Both the position numbers and the translations under genes were made by a program. A DNA stretch of 64,000 nt. Source: Candidatus Eiseniibacteriota bacterium. GTDB taxonomy: Bacteria > Eisenbacteria > RBG-16-71-46. The notes under the pieces were generated by a model. The model had not been told where the DNA came from and did no database searches. It worked only from the letters and a program-made list of their open reading frames with translations. Shown here piece after piece: positions 24,325-33,965 of the stretch. The stretch lies in the NCBI GenBank assembly GCA_963725865.1, contig CAVSAC010000019.1, positions 128,001-192,000 of the forward strand. The letters are read 5' to 3'. Each line of letters opens with the position of its first letter. Position 1 is the first letter of the stretch.

Positions 24325-26093
24325 CTAGCGCCAGACCACCACGCGCGCCTCGCGGACCTCGCGCGCGGTCGTCAGGCGCGCGAAGTACACGCTCTGCCCC
24401 AGCGCCGCGGTCCCCGGCAGCAGTACGTCGCGCTCGCCCTGTGACCCCGCGGGCAGGCGCAGGTCCGCCGCGCGCCGTCCGCCGAGATCGAACAGCTCCA
24501 GGCGACCCGCGCCGCCGGCCAGCCCGATGCGCGCATGCACGCCTTCGCCCGGCACGTAACGCAGCGCGTGCAGCGCCACGGGCGCGATCGCGGGGGGCGT
24601 CTCGACCAGTTCCGCGGCGGCGCTGAACCGGCGCGCGAACAGGCCGGTGCGTTCGTAGACCTGCGACCAGAAGTACACCGCGCCGCCGTCGCCGGTCGGC
24701 GCCAGCGCCATGTCGCCGAACCAGGTGCCCGCCGGCGTCTCGTGGTTCTCCGCGAACGACCAGCCCCCCATCGCCTGCCCGCCGAGGAATGCCGCCCAAC
24801 AGCACTGGAACCCGCCGTGATACGGGGACGTGTAGGTGATGATCTCGGCCGCGGCGAGGCGGCCGGGAGCGATCTGCACGACCTTGTGACCAGGCGCGTA
24901 GGCGTTCAGCCATCCGCTCGCCCCTTCGCCGGTCGGACCGAAGCGGGTGTACGTTCATCGTGAATCCGTCCCTCGGTGTAGTTCTGCTGATTGCCGACGA
25001 TCGCGCCGTCGAGGCCGTCGGAGAACACGCGGAACGAGCCGCTCGCTCCGATGTCCGCGATCCAGTACATGTCCGCGGCCTCGACCCCGCCCGCGGGCCA
25101 GTCGAGTGCCGGCGCGCTGTCGGAGCGGTAACGTCGCAGCAGCGAGTAGCCGCTCTCCAGGTCGGGCGACAGCTCCACGCTGAGCGCGAACATCCCGCCG
25201 CGGCCATCGGGCGCGATCCCGAACAGGCTGCGCTCCGTCAGGTCCCAATCGAACGGGAGCGGCTGCCATGCGGTCTGCGCCAGCACCATCCCGCCCGTCG
25301 GCCACTCGGGTGACGCCGCGCCGGCCGGTGAGAATCGCTGCACCAGGAAGTCGGCCGCCATGTTCGCGTAGGCGCTGTCGATGTTCCACGAGGCCCACGC
25401 CAGGTAGATGCCACCGTCGCCGGCGAGCGCCAACTGCGGCCACGATTCCCATGTCTGGCGTGCTCCCGCGGGCACGAGGGACGTCACCGAATCGGGCCAA
25501 CCTCCCGCCGACGTGTTCGCCGCACCCAGATGGATGCCCGAGACGTGCATCAGGTCGGGCATCACGCCGGTCGCGACCCACACCGCGTAGACGCCGCCCG
25601 ACCCGTCCTCGATCACGCTCGGGAGCGGACTCCAACGCCACAGCGACCCGAGCGCGCGTCCGCGGGCCGGCCACCCCGGCGCGACGACGCCCTCCGAGTC
25701 GATCCGAGTGACGAAGAGTGTGAGCGTCCCGTACGGCAGCGTTCCCTCGACCCACCAGGCGTAGAAGCCGCCCAGTTGGTCGGGCAGCAAGCCCAGCGAC
25801 TGGCGCTCGATGACGCTGTCGCAGACCACGACCCCGGCCGCGGGCCACGCGGGATCGACGTCGCCGGTCGGAAGTAGGTGCTGCGCGCGCAGCGGTCCGG
25901 CGTAGCCGCCCGACTGCTCGTGCCACGCGACGAACGTGCCGCGGTCGCCATCGGAGCAGGCCTCGACCGGCGCGAGCACTCGGTTGGTCGAGAGCAACTG
26001 GACGCCGCCGGGCACCCAGCCGGCATCCGCGTGAAGCGCGCTCGCCGACGAGCACGCGACGACGTACGCCAGGGCGGCGAAGGTACGACGCAT
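24325..26093 (-). pseudogene. Paralog of 22401-24164 split by a one-base deletion near 24952 (likely sequencing error)
   Basis: N-terminal part (LRAQHLLPTGDVDPAWP, PSVIEDG, WPQLALA) and C-terminal part (WFGDMALAPTGDGGA, LELFDLGGRR, VYFARL) are in different frames. One added base gives YTEGRIHDERYTRFGPTG, matching YTDSPLIQHYQSFGPTG in the paralog. Alternative GTG start at 26102. Confidence 0.75.
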
Positions 26094-26287
26094 CGCGGCC
26101 ACATGAGCCTCCAGGAAGATGCTCGCCGGAGGAGCCGGACGTCCCGGGGGGACGCGCTCGATGGTACGCCCGGCGGGGTACCTCCGGGAAGCGCGGCCCA
26201 CGGAGGACGTACGGCCGGCGGCGAACCGCGCGACATCGCGCCGCCGACTCCGGCGCCCGCGCGCGGACGCGCGCGGCCGGGCGTTGC

Positions 26288-29200
26288 TCAGCGGCCGTTG
26301 CCGGTGGCGACGAACGCACCCCAGTAGAACGGGTGCGTGCTCTCGCCCTTCGCGCGCCGCTCCGCGAGGACCGCGCGCGACGCGGCGCGCACGGCGTCCG
26401 GAGTCGCGAGCCCTTCCACCCAGCGCGCGCGGTAGGCGCGCTCCATCCAGTCGCGCGTCGCCCGGTCGTCGACGTCCCAGAGGCTGGCGATCACCGTGCG
26501 GGCGCCGGCGAGGTGGAACGCCCGCACCAGCCCCTGCAGGGTCTCGCGCCCCCGCGCGTCGCCCGCGCCGCTCGCGCACGCCGAGAGCACGGCCCACTCC
26601 ACTCCCGCGAGATCGAGCGTGAGCACCTCCTCGTCGGTGAGCCAGCCGTCCTCCGGCGCGGTGGAGTCCGGATGCGCGGCGCCGGCGAGCGCCAGCGCCG
26701 AGAGATCGTCGTGCTCCTCGGCGCTGGCGGGGCCGCTCCCGACGTGCACGCCTCCCACGCCGCGCGCGCCGCGCTCGATGCGAACGCTGCGCCCGGCGAG
26801 CGAGACCCCGTGGGTGGCGAGGTGGAGCACGCGCCGTCCCGGCGCGCCGGCCTTGAACTCCTCCTCGCTCGCCTGCGCGCCGACCAGCACGCGCGCTTCA
26901 TGGTCGGTTCCGGGCGCGAGCTGCCACGCCGCGGCCACCGCTCGGGCCTCCCCCGCGCTGGCGGGCAGCGGCGCCAGCTGCAACGAGTCGGCGCCGCGAA
27001 GGCGCGAGTGCCAGCTCTCGTCGGCGAGGGCGAGCGGCCCCGACCCGGGCTCCGCGAGCGCGCCGCGGTCGTAGGCCGGATCCGCGAGCGCGAGCAGGCC
27101 GTGGCCCCCGCTCGGCGCCTCGCCGTCGTGGACCAGGTCGCGCTCCGCCGAGAGCATGACCAGCGTCGGCCCCGTTTCCACCAGCCACGCGTCCGCGCCG
27201 ACCGGCAGCGCGGCCAGATCGATCGCGGCCAGCGCGCCATCGGGGACCACGTACACGCGGCCCGCGCCGGCGAGCCGGCGTGCGATCGGATCCCAGACGC
27301 GCTCGCGCAGCGCGGCGCCGAGCTCGCGGTAGCGCCGCCAGCCGACTCGATCGGTCGCGGCCACCGGATGCGAGGTGCGCTCGATCCAGCGCGCCACCAG
27401 GTCCTCGAGCCCGGCGGCGTCTCCGAGCGGCACCACGTCGGTCACGTCGCTCCCCGGCGCGCGCACCAGCGCGACGTAGCGCTGCTCGCTCGCCCGGCCG
27501 AGCCCCGAGTCGGCGGCCACCGGGATCCGCCGGTGCTGGTAGCGCACGAAGCTCACCAGCGCGGCCCCCTCGGGCAGGGCGGCGATGGCGTCGGCGATGC
27601 CCGCGTCACGAGCCGGACGCCGCTGGCGGTAGGCGGCGCTCACCTCGCCGAGCGCGCGCTCGGCGGCGTCCCGCCGGCGGCGCGCGGCCGTCAGCAACGC
27701 GAGCAGCGAGTCGCTGCGGCCGCCGGCCAGCGTGCCTGCCGCGAGACGGCTGAGCGAGTCGCGGGCCGCGGCCAGTTCCGCCTGCCGGCGCGCGACGTCG
27801 GGATCGTCGCTGCGGGCCGACCAGCGCTGGTCGGCGCGCTCCGCCGCCACCGCCAGACGCCCGCGCGCGACCGCGTCCCAGGCCGCCCGGCGCTCGGGCA
27901 GCGTCAGCCCGCTGGGATCGGCCGCCAGCGTGAGCACCACGTCGAGGCCGCGCGCCATCTCGCCTTCGAACGACAGCGCCTCGCGGTCCGAGAGCCCGCC
28001 GATCGCCTCCTGCAGGATCGAGCGCGACGTCGCCTCGACCTCGAATCCGAGCGCCAGCGCACGCGCGTGCTCGCCGAGGTCGTAGAGGCTCCCGGCCCAG
28101 TCCGCCTTGCGTTCCAGGGTCAGCGCCGAGCGCGGCCCGAGCGCGCTGTCGTAGACGGCGACCACGTGACGCACGAGCGATTCGGCGATCGCGGCGTGTC
28201 CGAGCCGCCGGTGGGTCTCGGCGAGCACGTCTTCGGTCCTCAGCTGCCAGCGCAGACCGCGCCGCGCCTGTCCCGCCCACAGTGGCTGCACGGCCGCGAG
28301 GGCGAGCTGCGGATGCCCGCGCTCGCTCTCCATGAGCGCGAGGCGCACCCGCTTGTTCGCGCTCACCACGTCGCCCGGTTCGCTGAGCGCCTCGCGCACC
28401 GCGAGCGCTTCGCGGACACGCGCGATCGCGTCGTCGAGCCGATGGAGGTCGTAGTCGATCTCGCCGCTGATGCTCAGGATGCTGACCATGTAGAGGTGGG
28501 GCTCGTGGAACGCCCTCCGACCGATCTCGACGGCGAGCTCCGCCTGTCGATGAGCCTCGGCGAGGTCGCCGATGAACGCGATGAGGTCCGCGGCGCGGGC
28601 GTGGGCCAGCGCGGTGTTGCCATCGCTCATGCCGAAGGCCGAGTCGGCGAATGCCACGTTGCGATCGGCGTATCGCCGCCCGAGCGCCCAGTCACCGGTG
28701 TTGGTGCAGGTCTGGACCAGCCCATCCAACGTCGAGCTCAGGTCGATGGCTTCGATGTCCGGTTCGCGCTCGACGATCGCGAGGATGTGCTGATAGAGCG
28801 GCAGGGCGCTCCGCGGGTCGTTGCGCGAGACGGCGGCGGAGGCGATTCCATACAGGATCGGGACGCTCTCGGGATGATCGGGGCCGAATTGGCGGTCGCA
28901 GATCGCGAGCGCGGCGCGGTAGTGCTCCTCGGCGGCGCGCGGGTCCTCGCTCATGAGTCCCAGCCGCCCCAGCAGTGCCTCGGTCGCGGCGATCTCAAAC
29001 GAGTCGCGGGGAGCATGGACCCGCAGCAGGCGTACGGCCTCCGCGGCCTGCGCGCGGGCGGCGGAGACATGCGTGCGCGCGCCGAGCACTGCGCCGGAGC
29101 GTCCCAGGGTGTGCGCGAGCGCCACCGAGTCCCCGAGCGCGCGCCGCAGCGCCACCGCGCGCGCCGCCAGCGACTCGGCCGCGGCCGGCAGCGTCGGCAC

Positions 29201-29464
29201 CGGCTGCGAGAGCGTGGTCAGCACCGCGTCGAGCGCGTCGGCCACGCGCGGGCTGGACGGACCGTACGCGCGCTCGAGCCCCGGGAGCGCCGCGCGGGCC
29301 AGGCTCTCGGCCGCCGCGAAGTGCCGCGCCCGGCTCATCGCCTGCGCGCGCCGCAGCAGCGAGTCGGGCGACGACGCATCCGGCGCGGCGCGCGCGGGCC
29401 ACGGCGCGGCGCACAGCGCCAGGACGATCGCGCCGGCACGCAGGGCGGCGCGCCCACCGCTCAC
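26288..29464 (-). CDS. TPR-repeat plus CHAT (caspase-like) protease with predicted signal peptide
   Basis: GTGA overlap with kinase stop; AIVLALCAAPWPARA signal; TPR-like repeats (FGPDHP); VVPDGALAAI, HLATHG, DGWLT, VLSACASG, SLWDVDD, HPFYWGAFVATG. Confidence 0.88.
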   Translation of the reverse strand: MSGGRAALRAGAIVLALCAAPWPARAAPDASSPDSLLRRAQAMSRARHFAAAESLARAALPGLERAYGPSSPRVADALDAVLTTLSQPVPTLPAAAESLAARAVALRRALGDSVALAHTLGRSGAVLGARTHVSAARAQAAEAVRLLRVHAPRDSFEIAATEALLGRLGLMSEDPRAAEEHYRAALAICDRQFGPDHPESVPILYGIASAAVSRNDPRSALPLYQHILAIVEREPDIEAIDLSSTLDGLVQTCTNTGDWALGRRYADRNVAFADSAFGMSDGNTALAHARAADLIAFIGDLAEAHRQAELAVEIGRRAFHEPHLYMVSILSISGEIDYDLHRLDDAIARVREALAVREALSEPGDVVSANKRVRLALMESERGHPQLALAAVQPLWAGQARRGLRWQLRTEDVLAETHRRLGHAAIAESLVRHVVAVYDSALGPRSALTLERKADWAGSLYDLGEHARALALGFEVEATSRSILQEAIGGLSDREALSFEGEMARGLDVVLTLAADPSGLTLPERRAAWDAVARGRLAVAAERADQRWSARSDDPDVARRQAELAAARDSLSRLAAGTLAGGRSDSLLALLTAARRRRDAAERALGEVSAAYRQRRPARDAGIADAIAALPEGAALVSFVRYQHRRIPVAADSGLGRASEQRYVALVRAPGSDVTDVVPLGDAAGLEDLVARWIERTSHPVAATDRVGWRRYRELGAALRERVWDPIARRLAGAGRVYVVPDGALAAIDLAALPVGADAWLVETGPTLVMLSAERDLVHDGEAPSGGHGLLALADPAYDRGALAEPGSGPLALADESWHSRLRGADSLQLAPLPASAGEARAVAAAWQLAPGTDHEARVLVGAQASEEEFKAGAPGRRVLHLATHGVSLAGRSVRIERGARGVGGVHVGSGPASAEEHDDLSALALAGAAHPDSTAPEDGWLTDEEVLTLDLAGVEWAVLSACASGAGDARGRETLQGLVRAFHLAGARTVIASLWDVDDRATRDWMERAYRARWVEGLATPDAVRAASRAVLAERRAKGESTHPFYWGAFVATGNGR

Positions 29465-31230
29465 CGCGGGTTCTCCAGCACCAGCAGCCGGACCCACATG
29501 CGCTCGCGCGGGGCGCCCTCGAGCGCGCGCCGGACCGCGGCGAGCCGTCCGGCATCCTCGGCCGCGGGCGCCGCCCGCCGAGCGATGCCGCCGACATGAC
29601 GCAGCTGGCCGAGCGCGTCGTCGCCGAGCGGCGCGTACTGCACCTCGGCATCCGCGCGGGCGGCGCGGAGCCGCGCCACCGCGCGCTCGATCGCGGCTTC
29701 GGGCTTGGTGCTCGCCACGATCAGGAAGCGCTCGTGCGCGCCGGCCGAGGTGACCTCCCAGTCGAGCTCCTGCCCACCGTCGCGTCCGGGCAGCCGGTGG
29801 CGCACGCCGGCGGCGAGCGGATCGCGCGCGCCGCGGCCCGCGAGCGGGAACAGGACGAACACGTTCCCGGTCTCGTCCTCCTCCAGCACGTAGGCGTACA
29901 CCGCGGCGCGCGGCGTGAGTTCGAGGAAGAGCCGGTCGCCCGGGCTCACGCGGTCGCCGTCGCGCAGCACCTCGCTGCCGCGCTCGCCCACGCGACACAG
30001 GGCCGCGTCGACCTCGAGCGGGCGCGTCTCCGCGAGCGGAACCGCCGGCGTCGTCGCGCCACCCGCGGACACGCGCACGGCGGCGGGCGGCGACGCCACG
30101 GGCGCCGGCACCGCGGCTGCCGGCGGGCGCCGGAGGGCCAGCGCCCACAGCGCCGTGGCGATCGCGGCCAGCACCAGCGCCGCGATCCCCGCGAGCGCGG
30201 CCGAGCGCGGGCGGGCTCCGCGCGCGGGCCGGTCCGCGGGCGCCGGCGTCACCACCTCGCTGAGCGCGCGCTCCAGCGCGGCGGCACTCGGCCAGCGCGA
30301 TGCGGGCTCGTGCTCGAGGGCGCGCTCCACCGCGTCCACGAACGAGCGCGGCAGGTCGGGGCGGACGTCGCGCAGTCGCGCGCGCTCGCCGCGCGCGTGG
30401 CGCGCGCGCAGTTCATCGAGCGTGGTGGCCTCGAAGGGATGGCGCTGGGTGGTGAGGCGGAACAACAGCGCGCCCAGCGCGTAGAGGTCCGAGGCCGGCG
30501 TGGCCGCGTCGCCCTCGAGCAACTCGGGCGCGGCCGCCAGCGGCGTGCCGAGCAGGCCGGCGCGCGCGCCATCGTGGGCCGCGCCGAAGTCCATGAGCAC
30601 GATGCGGCCCGATGCCCCCACCTCGCCCGAGGCCGCGCCCACCCGCATGACGTTGCTGGCCTTGACGTCGCCATGCACCAGGCCGGCGGCGTGCACCGCC
30701 GCCAGCGCCGCGCACAGGTCGAGTCCCACCACCGCGGCCTCGCGCGCGCCCAGCGGCCCCTGCGCAGCCAGCGTCTGCTCGAGCGTGCGGCCGTCGAGCA
30801 GCTCGGTCCACAGCCCGGCGCGCTCGTCATGGACGTCGGCGCCGTACACGCTCAGCACGTTGGGATGGCGCACGCGCGCCAGGCGCCGTGCCTCCTCGAG
30901 CCAGGCCAGCGAGCCGTTCGCCCCCGCCTCGGTGCGCCTCAGCTTGAGCGCCACCTCGCGCTGCAGCGCGGGGTCCCACGCCGCGAAGACCTCGCCGAAG
31001 CTGCCCGCGCCGAGCCGGCGCAGGACGCGCAACGGACCCCAAGCGAACAGCGCGCCGTCCGCCACCGCCGGCGGCGCCTCGACCGCGAGCTGCGCCAGGT
31101 CGCGCAGGCGCGCCAGCGGGCCCTCCATGCCGGGCGAGTCCTCGAGCGCGCCCTCCCAGTCCACCGCGCGGCCGTCCCCGACCGCGAGCGCGACATCGAG
31201 CAGGCGTTCGCGCGGGTCAGCGGTACTCAT
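29461..31230 (-). CDS. Transmembrane Hanks-type Ser/Thr kinase with extracytoplasmic DUF4384-like domain
   Basis: GAGSFG, VALK, HPNVL, HGDVKASN, DFG, GTP..APE, DLYALG; TM LAGIAALVLAAIATALWAL; GDRLFLEL..YAYVLEEDETGNVFVLFP. Confidence 0.88.
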   Translation of the reverse strand: MSTADPRERLLDVALAVGDGRAVDWEGALEDSPGMEGPLARLRDLAQLAVEAPPAVADGALFAWGPLRVLRRLGAGSFGEVFAAWDPALQREVALKLRRTEAGANGSLAWLEEARRLARVRHPNVLSVYGADVHDERAGLWTELLDGRTLEQTLAAQGPLGAREAAVVGLDLCAALAAVHAAGLVHGDVKASNVMRVGAASGEVGASGRIVLMDFGAAHDGARAGLLGTPLAAAPELLEGDAATPASDLYALGALLFRLTTQRHPFEATTLDELRARHARGERARLRDVRPDLPRSFVDAVERALEHEPASRWPSAAALERALSEVVTPAPADRPARGARPRSAALAGIAALVLAAIATALWALALRRPPAAAVPAPVASPPAAVRVSAGGATTPAVPLAETRPLEVDAALCRVGERGSEVLRDGDRVSPGDRLFLELTPRAAVYAYVLEEDETGNVFVLFPLAGRGARDPLAAGVRHRLPGRDGGQELDWEVTSAGAHERFLIVASTKPEAAIERAVARLRAARADAEVQYAPLGDDALGQLRHVGGIARRAAPAAEDAGRLAAVRRALEGAPRERMWVRLLVLENPR

Positions 31231-31813
31231 CCATCATCTCCGCCAGCCGCACCAGCGCGCGCCCCACCGTCATGCGCGCAGCGTCGGCACTCGCCAGGCC
31301 CAGTGCCTCCGCGACCTGCCGGTAGTCGAATCCCATCTCGAGTCGCAGGATCGTCGCCTCGCGCTGCTGCTCCACCAGCTCCGCCAGCGCGGCCTCGTAG
31401 CGCTCCAGGGTCTCGCGGCCGAGCGCGCGCTCGAGCGTGGAGGGCCCCGGGTCCGGGATCTCCTCGGCGAGCGGCGCCGGCGCGTGCCGGCGCGCCGCAC
31501 GCCGGATCTCGTCGCGCACGACGTTCATGAGGATCTGGCGCAGGTACGCAAGGAAGGCGCCCTCTCCGCGGTGCTGGAACGAGTCGAGGCGCGCCAGCGA
31601 GCGCATGAGCGTGACCTGCACCAGGTCGTCGGTCTCGTGCAGGTCGCGCGCCGAGGCCGGCAGGCGGCAGTGGGCCCAGCGCCGGAGGATCGGCATGTAG
31701 CGCGCGAACAGGCGATCGCGCGCGCCCTCGTCGCCGCCGCGCGCGCGGTCGAGCAGCGCTCGGGTGGATTCGAGCGCGGACGGACCGGCGAGTGGCGCAG
31801 CGGAAGGGTCCAT
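31217..31813 (-). CDS. ECF-type RNA polymerase sigma factor
   Basis: ARGGDEGARDRLFARY, DDLVQ, FLAYLRQILMN..RD, region 4 QREATILR..YRQVAEALG..AARMTVGRA; overlaps kinase start by 14 nt. Confidence 0.9.
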   Translation of the reverse strand: MDPSAAPLAGPSALESTRALLDRARGGDEGARDRLFARYMPILRRWAHCRLPASARDLHETDDLVQVTLMRSLARLDSFQHRGEGAFLAYLRQILMNVVRDEIRRAARRHAPAPLAEEIPDPGPSTLERALGRETLERYEAALAELVEQQREATILRLEMGFDYRQVAEALGLASADAARMTVGRALVRLAEMMDEYR

Positions 31814-31852
31814 GAGGGCCGTCGCAGGGTGGACGGAAGGGAAGACCCATCG

Positions 31853-31882
31853 ATTGAAGCCGCTGCGCTCGGGCGGCGTCAA
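31853..31882 (-). promoter_or_regulatory. Sigma70-like promoter of the ECF-kinase-CHAT operon
   Basis: TTGACG-N18-TTCAAT on the minus strand, about 40 nt upstream of ATG 31813. Confidence 0.45.
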
Positions 31883-32069
31883 GGACAACTCCACCCTCCG
31901 ACGCTCCTGGCGGTGCGGGATGGCAGCCTCGGAAATCGGCCGCCGGGCCACGGCGGCCCCGGCCGCTCGTCCACGCCGGCACTCGCCGCTGCCTTCGGCG
32001 GGCGCCGGCTCCTCGCGGAGGCCGGCGAGCGGTCCGGGGCGCACGGTCAGCGCTCGGGAAACCGTGCGC

Positions 32070-33965
32070 TCACGGCCCCACCGTGGCGGTCCCGCCGAGG
32101 GTCGTGATCGTGAGCAGCTTGCCGATGGTGATCGGCAGGCCCTCGTGGAACGTCACCGGGGAGAGGTAGATGGTCGAGCCGGGAAACGCCTGCGCCGCCG
32201 CGTTGCCGAGCGTGTGGTAGGGACCGCCGGCGAACGGCGTGCAGACGATCAGGCCGAGCTCGGCGCACCCGCTGGTGTAGTCGGCGAACACCGCGGTCGA
32301 CGTGGCGATCTCCACCGCCGCGCAGGCGCGATAGAGGTTGTTCTGATCGGGGAGACTCCAGCCCAGGTTCACGGCCGCCTGGCGCAGCGCCAGGTAGAGG
32401 TCGCTCCATCCGCTCGACGACGTGAGCAGGTGGGTCTGCGCCTCGTAGTAGAGATCGGCGACGCTGGCGACGCCCATGCCGTCGACATGCTGTCCGTTGA
32501 ACGTGTCGCCGTCGGTGAGCAGGTAACAGAGCTTGTTGTTCACGCCGCTGTTCGTGTGCACGCCGCCGTAGTCGTTCCCGAGGTTGGGCGTGCCCGCCGC
32601 GGGCACGTAGAGTGGGCTGCTCAGCTTGTCGGGATGGCCGTACTGGGGCGGGTTCTTCATGTTGCGGAGCGCCCCGCCGGCGAGGTCCTCGCCGAGCAGC
32701 CAGCGCACCGCGGGGGTGTCGGTGCCGCGGCCGTTGCCGAGATCCACGAACTCCCCCCACACGTCCGAGAACGACTCGTTGATGGCGCCCGAGGCGTTCT
32801 GATAGAGGAGCTTCGAGGTCGCTCCGGTGACGCCGTGGGTGACCTCGTGGGCGATGACGTCGTCCACCGCGAAACCCGGCCCCACGTACATGGTGTCGCT
32901 CACGGTGAACTGGGCGTTGCTGCAGCCGGTGAGGTTCTGGCCGAAGCCGCAGTAGCGCACCACGCCGCGCAGCTGGCCGCCGGCGCCGTCGTAGCTGTCG
33001 CGCCCGTGCGTGGTCGAGTAGAACGACCAGGTGTCGCCGAGGAAGTCGTAGCTGCTGTTCGCGTCGGCGACGATGCTCAACGGGCCGCCCTCGGTGCGGA
33101 CGATCGTGAACGGCCGGTTCGCGCCGGAATTCGCGTCCGACATGATGCGGTTGAGCGCATCGGCGTCGAGCGCAAAACGCCACACCACGCTGCCGTCACG
33201 AGCGTCGAGCACCAGGTCCTCGCTGCCCGGACCGCCGCTGGCGATCGCGCGCACCACCCAGGCGAGCCGCGCGGGACCCTGGCCTTCGAACTGCGCCGGC
33301 ACGAACACCGCGAGCGACGGCGTGCCGAGCGTGACGCCGCGGCCGCCGGCCACCGCGGTGGACGCGGCGCGCGCGCGCTCGGCCACCGCAGCGCGCGGCA
33401 GCACGCCGAGCGTGTCGGGCGTGAAGGCGCCCAGCGCCGCGCCGCGCGCGGCACGGTTCATCACCGCCTCGACCGCCGCGGCGTCGTCGAGCTGCACCAC
33501 CACCTCGGCGCCCAGCACCGGGACGCCGGCGAGCGTCTGCTGGAAGCGATGGTAGCTGCGGCCCGCGGCCTGCTCGCTGCGCTCGAGCGCCAGGTCACCC
33601 GCGGCGCCGAATCCGAACGCGGCGCGGTGCGCGAGCACGAAGGCGCGCGCACGATCGGCGGGCGTGGCGCCGGCCGGCGCCGGCACCGCGTGGCCCTTCG
33701 CCGCGCCGAGGTAGTCGACCGCTCCGTCAGCCGCCACGCTCACCATCGCCCCCGCCTCCGCGCCGCTCACCGCCAGCACCTCCCGCTGCAATGCCGCGGC
33801 CGCGTCGCCGGGCACGTGAGCCAGCGCCGGAAGCCGCACCGCGCCCGCTGCGCCCGGCCCCGCCGGCGCGGCGGCGCGAGCCACGCCCTGACCGGCGGCG
33901 ATCACCAGCGCCAGCCCCAGCGCCAGCATCCACCACGACGCCGCCCCCCTGTGCGGCGCGCTCAC
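32070..33965 (-). CDS. Secreted M4 (thermolysin-family) metallopeptidase with propeptide
   Basis: Signal peptide; FTP-like RFQQTLAGVPV and PepSY-like LAW..LDARDG regions; NA, DVIAHEVTHG, GAINESFSD, GGVHTNSG. Confidence 0.9.
   Translation of the reverse strand: MSAPHRGAASWWMLALGLALVIAAGQGVARAAAPAGPGAAGAVRLPALAHVPGDAAAALQREVLAVSGAEAGAMVSVAADGAVDYLGAAKGHAVPAPAGATPADRARAFVLAHRAAFGFGAAGDLALERSEQAAGRSYHRFQQTLAGVPVLGAEVVVQLDDAAAVEAVMNRAARGAALGAFTPDTLGVLPRAAVAERARAASTAVAGGRGVTLGTPSLAVFVPAQFEGQGPARLAWVVRAIASGGPGSEDLVLDARDGSVVWRFALDADALNRIMSDANSGANRPFTIVRTEGGPLSIVADANSSYDFLGDTWSFYSTTHGRDSYDGAGGQLRGVVRYCGFGQNLTGCSNAQFTVSDTMYVGPGFAVDDVIAHEVTHGVTGATSKLLYQNASGAINESFSDVWGEFVDLGNGRGTDTPAVRWLLGEDLAGGALRNMKNPPQYGHPDKLSSPLYVPAAGTPNLGNDYGGVHTNSGVNNKLCYLLTDGDTFNGQHVDGMGVASVADLYYEAQTHLLTSSSGWSDLYLALRQAAVNLGWSLPDQNNLYRACAAVEIATSTAVFADYTSGCAELGLIVCTPFAGGPYHTLGNAAAQAFPGSTIYLSPVTFHEGLPITIGKLLTITTLGGTATVGP

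Noticed and set aside
24945..24985. Programmed frameshift in the second secreted paralog
   Set aside because: No slippery heptamer or homopolymer run is present at the site. A sequencing deletion or simple mutation is more parsimonious.
26288..29464. CHAT protease as part of a Craspase- or gasdermin-type defence system
   Set aside because: No Cas7-11, gasdermin, NLR/STAND or TIR partner is visible. The protein looks exported and is coupled to a kinase and an ECF.
29465..30148. Long N-terminal extensions given by the ORF track (CHAT from 30148; likewise dehydrogenase from 12812, flavoprotein from 20153, ligase from 61277)
   Set aside because: They overlap upstream genes in another frame. The true starts are marked by ATGA/GTGA overlaps and by where family motifs begin.
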